Below the pieces are notes generated by a model, which saw only the letters and a program-made list of their open reading frames with translations, was not told where the DNA came from and did no database searches. Shown piece by piece: positions 11,501 to 23,732 of a stretch of 64,000 nucleotides of DNA; position 1 is the first letter of the stretch, and every line of letters begins with the position of its first letter. Origin of the DNA: Octopus bimaculoides (Eukaryota). The position numbers and the translations under genes are program-made. The stretch covers positions 3,511,584 to 3,575,583 of the forward strand of contig NC_068998.1 of assembly GCF_001194135.2 (NCBI RefSeq), given 5' to 3'.

Positions 11501-14500
11501 GGTTCAACGGAGGCGGTGGGAGAGGGGCAACTGCAGGAATGCATTGTGGAGTGCAAGGAGAACAAGATGGGGGGGGGGGGACAAGTAAGACGTCTTGGCC
11601 ATCTCCTGCATCCATCTCCAAAGTTGGCCTCGATGGGATTTGAACTCAGAACATAAAGACGGACGAAATGTCGCTAAGCATTTCGCCCATTGCGTTAACG
11701 ATTCTGTCGGCTCGCCGTCTCCCTTTATTGAATATATTAACACTAATTTAATTATCCCCATCTAATTTGTGTACCTGTGTAATTTACGCCCACGGAAGGC
11801 TATTTGACCTAAATTGGCTTGCAACTTGTTAAAATTATTTCGTTTTTGTAGTTGGTTTGAAAACTAGAGCAGTCAGTGAAGATTGAATTAGATGGCTATC
11901 AATTTCAGTAAGGTAAATAAATAATAGTGCATGCTGTCAAACAAGTTGTTTCAAGGTTTATATTTACATTTTGCTTTCATAAAATTATCAGATGTCACAC
12001 AACGACAGTTGTAGTGTTATTAGAGTAGTGTCCCTTGAATTCAATGTGGGCCTTCAGTTCCTTTGTCTTTTGGTTTTTGTTTTGTAACAGCAGATCGGCA
12101 GACGATGATACGATTTTTAGGTACTTCGAAACCACCAAGCTGAGTGTTCGTTTCCTGTTAGTTCTGTATGCTATCACCGAATTGTTTTGTTTTTCTCTCT
12201 CTCATGTGATGTTGCCAATTAAGTGACTCATAAGTCTCAAGGCCGGGCGAGTCATGTGATCGGAAGTTACTGTCTTACAAATGTGTATATAGCACAGTGT
12301 TTTTTTGTTGTTTTTTGCCTAAATAATGATAATAATAATAGTAAATGCGCTGATGCAGTCCCAAGCAGTGGCTTTCATGGCTTCTCATCTTAACTGGTTG
12401 GAAGTGCTATCATGTACATTGTTTTGTCTTGGTATAAAAAGATGGGCTACAGCAAATATTCTGCTCAGTACCACAGATTTCCTCAGTGGAATTCGAACTC
12501 ACGACGTAAACACGGAAGGAAATGCCACGAAGTATTTTTTTCCAGCGTGCGAATGATTCTATCAGCTCAGCATATTTTTTTCTTATAGCTTTTAGTAATA
12601 ATTCCTTCTACAGTCGGTACAAGGTCTGACATTTTGTAGGAGGAGACGAGTCAGTTACATTGACCCCATTATTCAACTGGTATTAAGTTTATCAATTTTG
12701 AATGGATAACAGGCGAAAATCAAACTTGCCAGAATCTGAACTCAGAACTTAAAGAAGCCAGAATATAAAAAATATATATAAAAATGTTTGTTGATGTACA
12801 ATCTGTTTTAAAATTGTGTACATTTCTGCCATGGCGTCTATTGTTTGTTTACTGCCACTCATTTGAGAGATAAACACCAGCTTTGCAATCTCACACATAC
12901 AAGGAAGTTATATGTAATAATAAAATATATTTAGCTTCACTATCAGAAAATAGATCCAAGGCCATTTGGACCGAGAATTAAATTGGTTGAACGTTGTGTA
13001 TTATGGATGAGGTTTCAGTTAATTAGTTAATTGCTGGTTTCAAATTTTGGCACAAGGCCAGCAGTTTTATGGGTGGTGGTGGTGGGGTTAAGTTGATTAT
13101 ATCAATGCCAGTGTTCAACTGGTACTTATTTTCTCGACCCTGAGAGGACGAAAGTCAAAGTTTCCAGGTCCCATGGCTTGTCAGAACTAGAAGAGTTGTT
13201 AATTAAATAATTAAGACAGTGAGATGGCAGAATCAGTATTGTTACTCTGCCAGACAAAATACTTAGCAATATTTTTTCTGACTTTATGTTCTGTGTTCAA
13301 ATGCCACCAGGATTGACTTTGTCTTTCGTTCTTTAGAGATCGATAAAATAAGTACCAGTTGAATATTTCAATACAACATGGCCAAGATGTTGGTCTGGAT
13401 CAGGGTGTAACAGTTGTTGTAAGGGGTCGGGTTGTGGATCATTTACTCTAACCCTAACAAAATGTTCTGACTGCCCCTTTCTATTGCAGGACTTTTGACA
13501 GCAATTGTACCTACATCAACTACAAGATAGCAAACCAGATCATATCTTGGAACGATGCAGACTGCGGAACTGGAATGAAATGTCTGTACTCCGTAAGTGA
13601 TTGCTTCCTTTTTTATTTTTATTTTTAGGGATCAGTACTGATGACCCTTGCAGGCCATCTATGGGTGGTGAGATTCATGTTAATGTTATATCTAAACTGT
13701 TGTAGATCAATAACTGCAGGGTGGAAATATCAGAGGAAGGGGGTTCAGAGGGGATGGGCTTGGCATGCGGGTTGGTGCAGGACTGGTGAAGGTTGATCCA
13801 ATCAACAAAACAGCCTGCACATGAAATTAACATGCAAGTGGCTGAGTACTCCACAAACATGTGTATCTTTGTTGTAGTTCTCAAGGAGAGTCAGTTTTAC
13901 ACAGAATGTGACAGGGCTGGCCCCTTTGAGTTACAGGTACGACTCGTTTTTGCCAGCTGAGAGCACTGGAGCAAAGTGAAATAAAGAGTCTTGCTCAAGA
14001 ACACAACACGCTGCTGGGTATCGAACTCAGAACTCTACAATCGTGAGGCAACACTAAGTCATACATTGAGGGTTGAATACAACAAAAGATATTAAGTAAC
14101 CCCATAGAGGCTCCCTGTTTGGCTCAAGACAAACATGCCCCCGTTTTTCATCTCTGATTGTATTATGTCATAAATTTCCACCTTTCTTTATTCATAGTCT
14201 GTATTTATTTTTCATTTCAGCTCTCGTCTCATAACGCCAGTCTCATCTTAGGTTCCCATAAAACACCAAAATGGCATTTTACTGATTCTTTCTATTTTGC
14301 CTTTGCTCCTGACAACTCAACATGTTACGTGGAGGTAAGTGATACAAAGTATTTATGCATTATTTACATTATTTACATTTCCTATGTTTATATTTTGCTG
14401 CCATATGGAACCATCAGCAGAATTATTGCAACACGTACCCAGATGTTTCTTCCAGTTCTGGTTCTTGTCATTGCTTGCTTACAGAGAATTTCCTTGTAAG

Positions 14501-15345
14501 CATTTTTGCCATTAGAAAATTTGCCCTAAAAAAACAATAGTTACAGCAAAAAGTACATTATTTGTGCAGCATTGCTTGGAACTTTCATATATTTCATTTT
14601 TAAAAAAATGCTGATATAATAAACTTTATCATTGTCCATACAGCAAATTTCCCCATGGTAAGTGTTTACAACGAATTTTCTGGACACAGTTGTTGCTCAG
14701 ATTTGGCACAAATGCCAGAATACGATCTCCCCTACAACTGCTTTACCAATTCTGTTGATTCTCTTCTTCACATCACTGCTTCTACTTCTTCCATCTCCTC
14801 TGACTGACATTATAACATACTAATCCTCTGTTTTTACCATTTCTAGGGAGTTTCATCCTCTGATTCTTGGTTTGCTCTGCTGGATTTTGGCGTCAACTAC
14901 TGTAATCTCCATAATGTGATAACAGGTATGAATTGCTTTGACTACTAACCCCAAGATTCTGAGTTCGATTCCAGGCAGTGACCTGAATAATAATAATAAT
15001 AAATAATAATAATAACATCGAAAAATACCTTAGGAATGAGAACCCATGTTCGAAATTTCCCCAAGACACCTGATGAAGGCTGGAGGGTATATCAGCCGAA
15101 ACGTTGTGTTAACAACAAACAAGATGAGGACAAATATCCGTCATTTGTAAATAATGTACAGATTTATTACATTTTTCTTCCACTTGTATTATATATTTTT
15201 AAAAGTTTTTCTTCTGTTCATGTATTTATTTATTTGCCATTTTTTTCTTCCAGGGAGTGGCATTGACACTTTAGATGGTTACACAGAATTCACCGAGAAC
15301 AGTGTCTGCACGTTGTATACTTCCAGAAATTGCGATAAATATTGA
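6096..15345 (+). CDS. Gene 1 (5 coding exons: 6096-6283, 13490-13592, 14221-14334, 14847-14925, 15254-15345): uncharacterised 191-aa type II (signal-anchor) membrane protein with Cys-rich ectodomain
   Basis: All four introns are GT-AG with matching phases (2,0,0,1). Spliced length is 576 nt. Protein: MTAYRKLNSSVKPNRRYGFKRRCLSLFGRFIFLSVIAITLLLTIGLLYIYATYPPHASCTIKWTFDSNCTYINYKIANQIISWNDADCGTGMKCLYSLSSHNASLILGSHKTPKWHFTDSFYFAFAPDNSTCYVEGVSSSDSWFALLDFGVNYCNLHNVITGSGIDTLDGYTEFTENSVCTLYTSRNCDKY. It has a basic N-tail, one hydrophobic span, 8 luminal Cys and 3 N-glycosylation sequons. Confidence 0.92.
8577..9118. repeat. Inverted duplication flanking an assembly gap
   Basis: 8577-8736 is the reverse complement of 8949-9118 apart from a 10-nt indel. 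Confidence 0.85.
10733..10850 (+). mobile_element. Short retroelement family E (tggcgttaggaagggcatccagc... with (ATG)n tail)
   Basis: Same sequence recurs at about 15775-15900, 36140-36305, 37720-37860, 48592-48730 and 48735-48871. Confidence 0.6.
13490..13592 (+). CDS. Gene 1 coding exon 2 (W-TFDSNCTY...MKCLYS)
   Basis: ctttctattgcag|G ... TCC|gtaagt; 103 nt, open in frame. Confidence 0.92.
14221..14334 (+). CDS. Gene 1 coding exon 3 (LSSHNAS...STCYVE)
   Basis: tttttcatttcag|CTC ... GAG|gtaagt; 114 nt. Confidence 0.92.
14847..14925 (+). CDS. Gene 1 coding exon 4 (GVSSSDSWFALLDFGVNYCNLHNVIT-G)
   Basis: ccatttctag|GGA ... ACAG|gtatga; 79 nt. Confidence 0.92.
14933..15158 (+). mobile_element. 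Short retroelement with B-box head, (AAT)n and Penelope-like 3' motif, in gene 1 intron 4
   Basis: ctgagttcgattcc at about 14958; (AAT)n; cctgatgaaggc...gccgaaacgttg at about 15069-15106. Confidence 0.55.
15254..15345 (+). CDS. Gene 1 last coding exon (G-SGIDTLDG...RNCDKY-stop)
   Basis: ttttttcttccag|GG ... TAT TGA. Confidence 0.92.
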
Positions 15346-15448
15346 TGTTCTAGTAACCAGTGGTGTTTCTATGAATGTGTTTAAACACTCACTCACACCT
15401 ATATATATGTGTGTGTGTGCATATCTATAATATACATAATGTGAGTTT

Positions 15449-15617
15449 AATAAATGTATACATACATATATATATATGTATGTGTATATATGCTTTTTTT
15501 CTATGAGTTTTTTTACAAAGAATCCTGTATGTACGTCGAAAAGAAAAGCAATAAAGTATTTGTATGTTATTTTATAAAGTTTGTTTTGTTTAATGAAATT
15601 AATTTGATTTGAATAAA
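15449..15617 (+). terminator. Candidate polyadenylation signals of gene 1
   Basis: AATAAA at 15449, 15550 and 15612, 100-270 nt after the stop codon. Confidence 0.55.
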
Positions 15618-16842
15618 GTTGTATGGATACAGAGTTCGCTTTATCACCGGTCTTGAGTTCAATTTCACTGCATGAGACCTGACCAAGTGTCCTCTACAGC
15701 AGCTTTGAGCCAACCAAAACTTAGTGAGTGGAATTGGTAGACAGAAACTGAAAGTATCCAGCTGTGTGTAATCATCATCATTGTTTTGTAATGTCCACTA
15801 ATCCATGCCTGCATGGGTCAGGTAGAGTTACTTTAACCAAATTTTCTGTGGCTGGATGCCCTTCCTGCGGCTAACCCTTACCTGCTTCTGAACAAAGCAA
15901 TATCCACCCACCCGCCATAGCCAGACATGTTTTCACAGACGGTTGGAAATGAATGACACTGCTTGTATGACAGTGAAACTCATTTACGACTATCATGTGA
16001 TGTCAACTGAAGGAGACGCAAACATACTACACATACAAGATGGCCTTCTTTCAGTTTCCATCAATGAAATTCACTTGCAAAGCCTTGGTTGGCCTGTGGC
16101 TATAGTGGGACTGAATCTAGAACCATGTGATGGGGAAGCAACCATCTTAATCCCACAGCAAGTGCATATGTTAATAAGCACTGTGCATTACTTCTCCCAT
16201 CTGGGCCTCGACTGGTTCTGCCCTTTCAAAGACATGACATAGAATATTCCTTCTTCAAAAACAAGGGTTATGTAAGTGTTGGCAGCTGGGAGAGCATCCA
16301 ACCATAAAACAATGCCTTAATATATGCTAACATGGAAAAATTGATGTATACCATGCAATGCTGATGAGGACCCAATAATACTGAAACACGTCCAAAGTTG
16401 TCCTGCTAAACGCGACCCTTGCTCTTTACAGCATATTCATGAAATTAGTTTCAATTAAAATTTCAGAGTTATCTCCCCTGCATTTCCTGAATTCGTTTGG
16501 TCAGAAAATGACTTATTAAATTGGATAAAATTTCAATGAATTAAAAATTTATTAACAGGTTACATTAATTATGCTGATGCTCATTTTATTATAAATTTGC
16601 GTTTTTTCACTTAACATCTGTTTACCTATGGCCTTAATGGGAAATTGATTGTTATGCAAGATTTAAAAGGCCAAAATATAGCTGTGTGACCAACCGCATG
16701 GTTTTCGTTTCAGTCCCACTTTGTGGCACCTTGGGCAAGTATCATCTGTTATAGCCTTAAACCAACCAAAGCCTTGTAAGTGGATTTAGTGGATGGAAAC
16801 TAAAAGAAGCCCATCACATGTTTTTATATATCTGTGCCACAT

Positions 16843-17062
16843 AAGGCAGAGAGCTGGCAGAATTGTTAGCCTGCTGGGCAGTATGTTTAGCGGCATTTCA
16901 TCTATCTTTGCGTTCTGAGTTCAAATATCACCAATGCCAACTTTGTCTTTCATCCTTTCAGGGTCAATGAGAACAAGTACCAGTTATACATTGAGGTCGA
17001 TGTAGTTGACTAGTTTCCTCCCTGCTAAATTTCAGGCCTTGTGTCTACTATGGAGGAAAGGA
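16843..17062 (+). mobile_element. tRNA-derived SINE family A (representative full-length copy)
   Basis: ggcagagagctggcagaattgttagc...ctgagttcaaat...tttcatcctttcagggtc...aagtaccag...ggccttgtg. At least 15 copies in the window, e.g. 28012-28236(-), 30533-30743(-), 45217-45407(+), 60185-60305(+). Confidence 0.75.
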
Positions 17063-17192
17063 TATATTTGTGTCACTTAAAAAGCGCCCTGTACACTCTA
17101 AAGAGCATCCAGCCATCGAAACCATACGAAAACAGATAATTGGAGCCCAGTGAAGCCCTCCAGTCTTGCCAGCTCCTCTCAAACCATTCAGC

Positions 17193-17552
17193 CACATCAC
17201 TCCTAATATTTGGCCACCACACTCCCCAGACTGCAACCCCCTTGATTATTTATGTGTGGGGTGCAGTTGAGAGACCAACAAAACTCCTTATAACAGCAAA
17301 GATGAACTGAAGACAAAGATTATGGCAGCATTCACCAACTTAAAGAAGGAGACCGTTCGGAAGAGTTGCAGGAAATTCCGAAGTCTTCTGGTGGCCATGG
17401 TTGAAGCCAATGACGATTATATTGAATAAATTTACTCTTTAGTATTTCAAGATATTTTTATGTAATTTTGGTAAATATATCTGTTAAAATGAGTTGTCAG
17501 CATTATTTTCATTTTTGCGTAATTTAGACGACAATTTATTCACTGCATCCTG
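17193..17552 (+). pseudogene. Degenerate IS630-Tc1-mariner transposase C-terminus with right end of the element
   Basis: Frameshifted translation HITPNIWPPHSPDCNPLDY-VWGAVE-TNKTPYNSKDELKTKIMAAFTNLKKETVRKSCRKFRSLLVAMVEANDDYIE* (stop 17429). The WPPxSPDxNPLDY motif is characteristic; the element ends catcctg|TA. Confidence 0.85.
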
Positions 17553-17589
17553 TATGTACATATAATTTATATATATATATGATTGACCG

Positions 17590-17770
17590 TTGACTGAACA
17601 CTATTCAATTTTTTTTCTCCGTGTTTTTCTCCTTGTCTCCGTATTCTTTCTGTTGAAGAGCGTAGCTCGAAACGTCAAAGACTTTCCGTATTCCCGAGCG
17701 TCATACTAATATATACTTTTGCTATTTACACCACCTGTCCTCGTCTGTTATTATTTGTATATTCTCCCAT
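17590..17770 (+). mobile_element. Penelope-like terminal fragment
   Basis: ctgttgaagagcgtagctcgaaacgtcaaagac motif flanked by TA-rich repeats. Confidence 0.4.
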
Positions 17771-18019
17771 ATATAATATATATACATATACAATATATAT
17801 ATACACATATACATATATATACATATACATATATATATATACATATACATATATATTGTTTTTCATTGGAAATGCAATTTGTCTTGTGACAAGTTTCATG
17901 CCACTTCAGGCATTCTCACCTGAAGATTGCACTGGCATGAAACTCAAGTTGTGTGATAAACTCTTATTTTCGGTTTCAATATGAGAAAATCTACACCCTC
18001 TATATGTCTGTGTACTATA

Positions 18020-18060
<41 letters not shown>

Positions 18061-18503
18061 ATGTGTTTTTTACTTGGTTCAGCAATTAGACTGATGCCAT
18101 GCTGGAGCATCACCTTGAAGAATTCTATCAGTCTCTTTTGCTGAACTGCTAAGTTATGGGAGTGTAAACACACCAACACTGTCTTGCACATTTTCACTCA
18201 AGCCATAAGTTGAACCGATGCAATAGTAGAAGATACTTGTCCAAGGTACCACATAGTAGGACTGAACCTGGGGTTATGTGGTTGTGAAACAAACTTCTTT
18301 CCTACACAGCTATGCTTGCACCATGTATATTCACACAAACACACAGCTTCTAGTTTCAACTTGTCAGTCTAAACAAACTTTCCTACCAAATTACTAAAAC
18401 ATGCTTAAATGGATCCAACTTAATTTTTTTTTTTTTTGTTTAACACTGAAAAACCAAATGTGAAAGGGAAAAAAAACAAAAAACAGCAAAAAAATCTGTC
18501 ATA

Positions 18504-18509
18504 TTTATT
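18504..18509 (-). terminator. Candidate distal poly(A) signal of gene 2
   Basis: AATAAA on the - strand followed by a long U/GU-rich tract. Confidence 0.35.
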
Positions 18510-19047
18510 ATAGTTCAAAAAGAAATGTTACCATAGCGATATATTTTACATGAGAATAAAAATGATATCTAACACAGTGACAAAGTTATACATTTTAGGG
18601 GAGACAGCAGATGATTAAATCAACTCCAATATTTGAATAGTACAACAGTACTGTATTTTAATTGACCCCGGGAGGATGAAAGGCAAAGTCGACCCCATCA
18701 AGATTTGAACTCACAATGCAAAGAGACATGGTTAAGTACCACAATGCATTTTGTCTGATGCTCTACCGATTTTACCAGTTCATTACCCCTCAAACATTAT
18801 TCTTATTACATGAGAATAATATGAAGAATTTGTTGCTTAGGTACAAGACAAACAGTTGAAAAGGGAGGGATTTGATTAATTAGGACTTAACTGCTATTAC
18901 TAGCATTTCATTGACCTAGTATCCTGCCACTTTTGTCCTTCACTTGTTGCAAAGTGGGAACATACAGAGACATTGGGTCGAACTGCCCATGTTTCATTTG
19001 ACTCCCATATCAGGATCAGCAGATCAAATCACTGGGAGAGCATGAGG

Positions 19048-19049
<2 letters not shown>

Positions 19050-19106
<57 letters not shown>
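19050..19106. repeat. (TG)n microsatellite running into a gap
   Basis: Read directly from the sequence. Confidence 0.95.
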
Positions 19107-20805
19107 NNNNNNNNNNNNNNNNNNNNNNNNNNNNNNNNNNNNNNNNNNNNNNNNNNNNNNNNNNNNNNNNNNNNNNNNNNNNNNNNNNNNNNNNNNNNNN
19201 NNNNNNNNNNNNNNNNNNNNNNNNNNNNNNNNNNNNNNNNNNNNNNNNNNNNNNNNNNNNNNNNNNNNNNNNNNNNNNNNNNNNNNNNNNNNNNNNNNNN
19301 NNNNNNNNNNNNNNNNNNNNNNNNNNNNNNNNNNNNNNNNNNNNNNNNNNNNNNNNNNNNNNNNNNNNNNNNNNNNNNNNNNNNNNNNNNNNNNNNNNNN
19401 NNNNNNNNNNNNNNNNNNNNNNNNNNNNNNNNNNNNNNNNNNNNNNNNNNNNNNNNNNNNNNNNNNNNNNNNNNNNNNNNNNNNNNNNNNNNNNNNNNNN
19501 NNNNNNNNNNNNNNNNNNNNNNNNNNNNNNNNNNNNNNNNNNNNNNNNNNNNNNNNNNNNNNNNNNNNNNNNNNNNNNNNNNNNNNNNNNNNNNNNNNNN
19601 NNNNNNNNNNNNNNNNNNNNNNNNNNNNNNNNNNNNNNNNNNNNNNNNNNNNNNNNNNNNNNNNNNNNNNNNNNNNNNNNNNNNNNNNNNNNNNNNNNNN
19701 NNNNNNNNNNNNNNNNNNNNNNNNNNNNNNNNNNNNNNNNNNNNNNNNNNNNNNNNNNNNNNNNNNNNNNNNNNNNNNNNNNNNNNNNNNNNNNNNNNNN
19801 NNNNNNNNNNNNNNNNNNNNNNNNNNNNNNNNNNNNNNNNNNNNNNNNNNNNNNNNNNNNNNNNNNNNNNNNNNNNNNNNNNNNNNNNNNNNNNNNNNNN
19901 NNNNNNNNNNNNNNNNNNNNNNNNNNNNNNNNNNNNNNNNNNNNNNNNNNNNNNNNNNNNNNNNNNNNNNNNNNNNNNNNNCTACAACTACGACTACTAC
20001 AACGACTACTACTACTACTACTACTAAAAACTAATAATAATAATAATAATAATAATAATGGAGATATCTTTATCAAAGAAATCAAAATAATAAAAAAAAA
20101 AAGAGGTATGAAATATAAAAACAAGATCAAATAATTTGAAACTAAAACATTGTATGAATGTCTCCCAAGATTACCATTGCCATACAGTGGTACCACCTAA
20201 ATTTATACTGCTACAATTTCTTTAAAAAAAATGAAAAAAAAAAAAAAAAAAAATTTCAGAACATTCTTGTTTGTGTTTTTTAAAAATATCTCTTTTAATA
20301 ATATTTCAATTTAACTAAATTTAAATTTGGTAAATTTGAATAAATTTGTACACCATGGCAGAGCAAAGAGAATTGGATATTAAAATGCTTATGGTAGCAC
20401 TGAACATTGTTATATATATGTGTATGTGAGTGTGTGTGTGTATATATATATATATATACACATACACACACACACATATCACATTTGATTTGGTTTGTAA
20501 GAATCTTGATTTGAACTAGTGTTCAAACATATTTTGTAGTATCCCAGGAGGGTCATCATGCCAATAATAACCACACACAAACACACATAGATACCCAATC
20601 ATACATGATTCAGTTCAGAGTTACAGTAAACATTACAAAAGATTCTCTGTTTCCAATTGAAGAACTCTGCTCAAAACCACATTGGTACCAACCATGGAAT
20701 ATAAAGTTAACCAAATTTCACAGACATTAGCTAAATGATATTTTGTCATTGTATAACACCACTGGCATCCTCAGACCCAAAGATTCTGGAAGTTTCCTTT
20801 TTTTC

Positions 20806-21209
20806 TTTTTTTTTTTCTTTTTGATATCTTCATTAAAATTTAAAGTACCCTGTTGGAATTAAGAATTAAAAAAAAAATTGAAAATATGATTAAGGCACAG
20901 GAGAAAAGAATTTTCCACACATTAAGGGTGAGAGGAAGGGACACAAAAATCTGTTGTTTTTTTTTTTCATATATATATTTTTCTTTGAGAATGGCATACA
21001 TACAGTAATTTTATTTAGGTCATAAATTTTTTTTTTTCTTTTTGATATCTTCATTAAAATTTAAAGTACCCTGTTGGAATTAAGAATTAAAAAAAAAATT
21101 GAAAATATGATTAAGGCACAGGAGAAAAGAATTTTCCACACATTAAGGGTGAGAGGAAGGGACACAAAAATCTGTTGTTTTTTTTTTTCATATATATATT
21201 TTTCTTTGA
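20806..21209. repeat. About 183-bp direct duplication ending at an N-gap
   Basis: 20806-20988 is repeated at 21027-21209. Confidence 0.8.
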
Positions 21210-21933
21210 NNNNNNNNNNNNNNNNNNNNNNNNNNNNNNNNNNNNNNNNNNNNNNNNNNNNNNNNNNNNNNNNNNNNNNNNNNNNNNNNNNNNNNNNNNN
21301 NNNNNNNNNNNNNNNNNNNNNNNNNNNNNNNNNNNNNNNNNNNNNNNNNNNNNNNNNNNNNNNNNNNNNNNNNNNNNNNNNNNNNNNNNNNNNNNNNNNN
21401 NNNNNNNNNNNNNNNNNNNNNNNNNNNNNNNNNNNNNNNNNNNNNNNNNNNNNNNNNNNNNNNNNNNNNNNNNNNNNNNNNNNNNNNNNNNNNNNNNNNN
21501 NNNNNNNNNNNNNNNNNNNNNNNNNNNNNNNNNNNNNNNNNNNNNNNNNNNNNNNNNNNNNNNNNNNNNNNNNNNNNNNNNNNNNNNNNNNNNNNNNNNN
21601 NNNNNNNNNNNNNNNNNNNNNNNNNNNNNNNNNNNNNNNNNNNNNNNNNNNNNNNNNNNNNNNNNNNNNNNNNNNNNNNNNNNNNNNNNNNNNNNNNNNN
21701 NNNNNNNNNNNNNNNNNNNTATATATATGTATATATATATATATATATATAATTCACAATCAAAGGTGCAAAAATGGCATACTCTGAATAAAAAGGTGAG
21801 GTAATCCAATCGTCGAGGGAGATCCATGAATCAGGTACTCCAAAACAGTTGGAAGAATGGGGGGGGGGGTATGTGAGCGTGGAGTAAATAGTCAACTAGA
21901 AGAACACAGAGAAAAAAAAACCCAAAAAAAACC

Positions 21934-22208
21934 TGAGGTCATAGCACAAGCAATGTATTAATAAGACACTCAGAGAAGGGAGAGAGTAGTTGTCTTACAT
22001 TTCAAGCATAGCTCTTCTTTTGAAACAGGTAAAACAGGAAAGTCCAAAGGGAAAGAAGAAAGAAAGAGAGAAAACAAATCACCAACTGTTGACAATTTTC
22101 CCCTTTGTTTTACCTGTTTCCAAAGAAGAGCCATGCTTGAAATGTAAAACAACTACCCTCTTCTTTCTCTGAGTGTCTTATTAATACATTGCTTACGCTA
22201 TGTTCTCA
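21934..22208. repeat. Long inverted repeat (foldback)
   Basis: About 100-bp arms (21934-22036, 22106-22208), roughly 85-90% identical by eye, about 70-bp spacer. Confidence 0.85.
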
Positions 22209-22413
22209 CGAGTATAGTAAAGTTAGTGTCGAGTGGCTGGGCCTTCAAGTTTTGTCACACAGCTTATTCACTTCTAACCAGACGCACACACACACACACA
22301 TATACACACGCATATACACATTTATAATGCATGTAGGAACATATGAATGCATACATATGTCAAAATATGATATATATGTTTGTAATTGTGTTTATGTATG
22401 TGTACACACACAC

Positions 22414-22463
<50 letters not shown>

Positions 22464-23107
22464 ATAAAGATTGTGATGATATATATTTATAATGCATGTA
22501 ATCATATAATATGCATTGCTTTATGTATCTATGTGTACAGTATATATATATAGGTTTGTGTATGCGTGAGAGTGTGTATATCTCACATGCACCCATTCAT
22601 ACAAACAACCATGTATACACACACTGGTATCAGGTTTTGATAAAAATGACCAACAAGATAATTAATAAAATCAAATTTCAAGCTAGGCTTAGCTGCAGCT
22701 TACAGGCAACTCAGAAATTTCATTGCTCTGCTTTAGAACTTGGAATCAAAACCTTTAAAAAATGATAATAGGAGTTTAGGATTTAAAAAAAAAAAAAAAA
22801 TCAATTAAGCATCATTAAATAAATGAATAAACATATCATTCCTTTAAAATCAAATTAATACAGGTAATTATATTGTTTCTCACTGTAAAATATTTTGCTA
22901 GAAATTTCCAACTGATAACAAACACGCATAACACACACACACACACACATGCACATGTATACGTATACATATTTAGAGCAAGGTTTCATTCAACCCACCG
23001 CTACTCAGAGTAGTGACTCTGTGAAAACTCAGGTTTGAGAAAATGATGAGACACATGTATTTAGTACTTCCCTCTCCCCTTTTTGATTTGGCCATCCAAA
23101 CATGCAC

Positions 23108-23143
<36 letters not shown>

Positions 23144-23597
23144 TACGCAATGCATACATATATATATAAGCATATATATATGCAAGTATATATATATATA
23201 TATGTGTATATATATTCAATACACACTGGAAAGGATAAATAATATGTATATATATCATGATATATCTTCATCTGGTTATCTATAACAATCAGGAAATATG
23301 AGAGAGAAGAGAGAGAAAGAGAGGAGTGAGAGAATGTGAGAGAAAACAGATTGGTAGAGAAGCAGAAAGAGAAAGAGACGGAGAGAAGGAAGGAAGAATG
23401 AGATTTGAAAAAAAATTCAAACGAAAATTAAGTTTGAAAATTTGGAGAAGTCATTTTGGTTTTTTGGTTTTTAAAGTCACTTCTTTTTTTAAAACTTTGA
23501 TCCCAATTTGACTTGTGAAATAATCAATGTCTTTTGTTGTTGTTGTTGTTGTCTGTCTCTCTGTCTGAGAGATAAATGAAGACAACGGTGAAGCAGT

Positions 23598-23732
23598 TCA
23601 TCTTTGGAAATAGTCGTTGGCTTTAGGGTATTGTAGGTGTTGGGCTTTCGTAGAAGAGAATTGGTGGGGCACCTGTACATTGTAATATTGTCCATCTTTC
23701 GGATAACCAGGTTTGCAGGAATCAGGTAAAGT
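23598..23732 (-). CDS. Gene 2 last coding exon (TLPDSCKP...NDYFQR-stop)
   Basis: ttgttcttttgcag|ACT ... AGA TGA; 135 nt. Confidence 0.85.
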   Translation of the reverse strand, partial: TLPDSCKPGYPKDGQYYNVQVPHQFSSTKAQHLQYPKANDYFQR

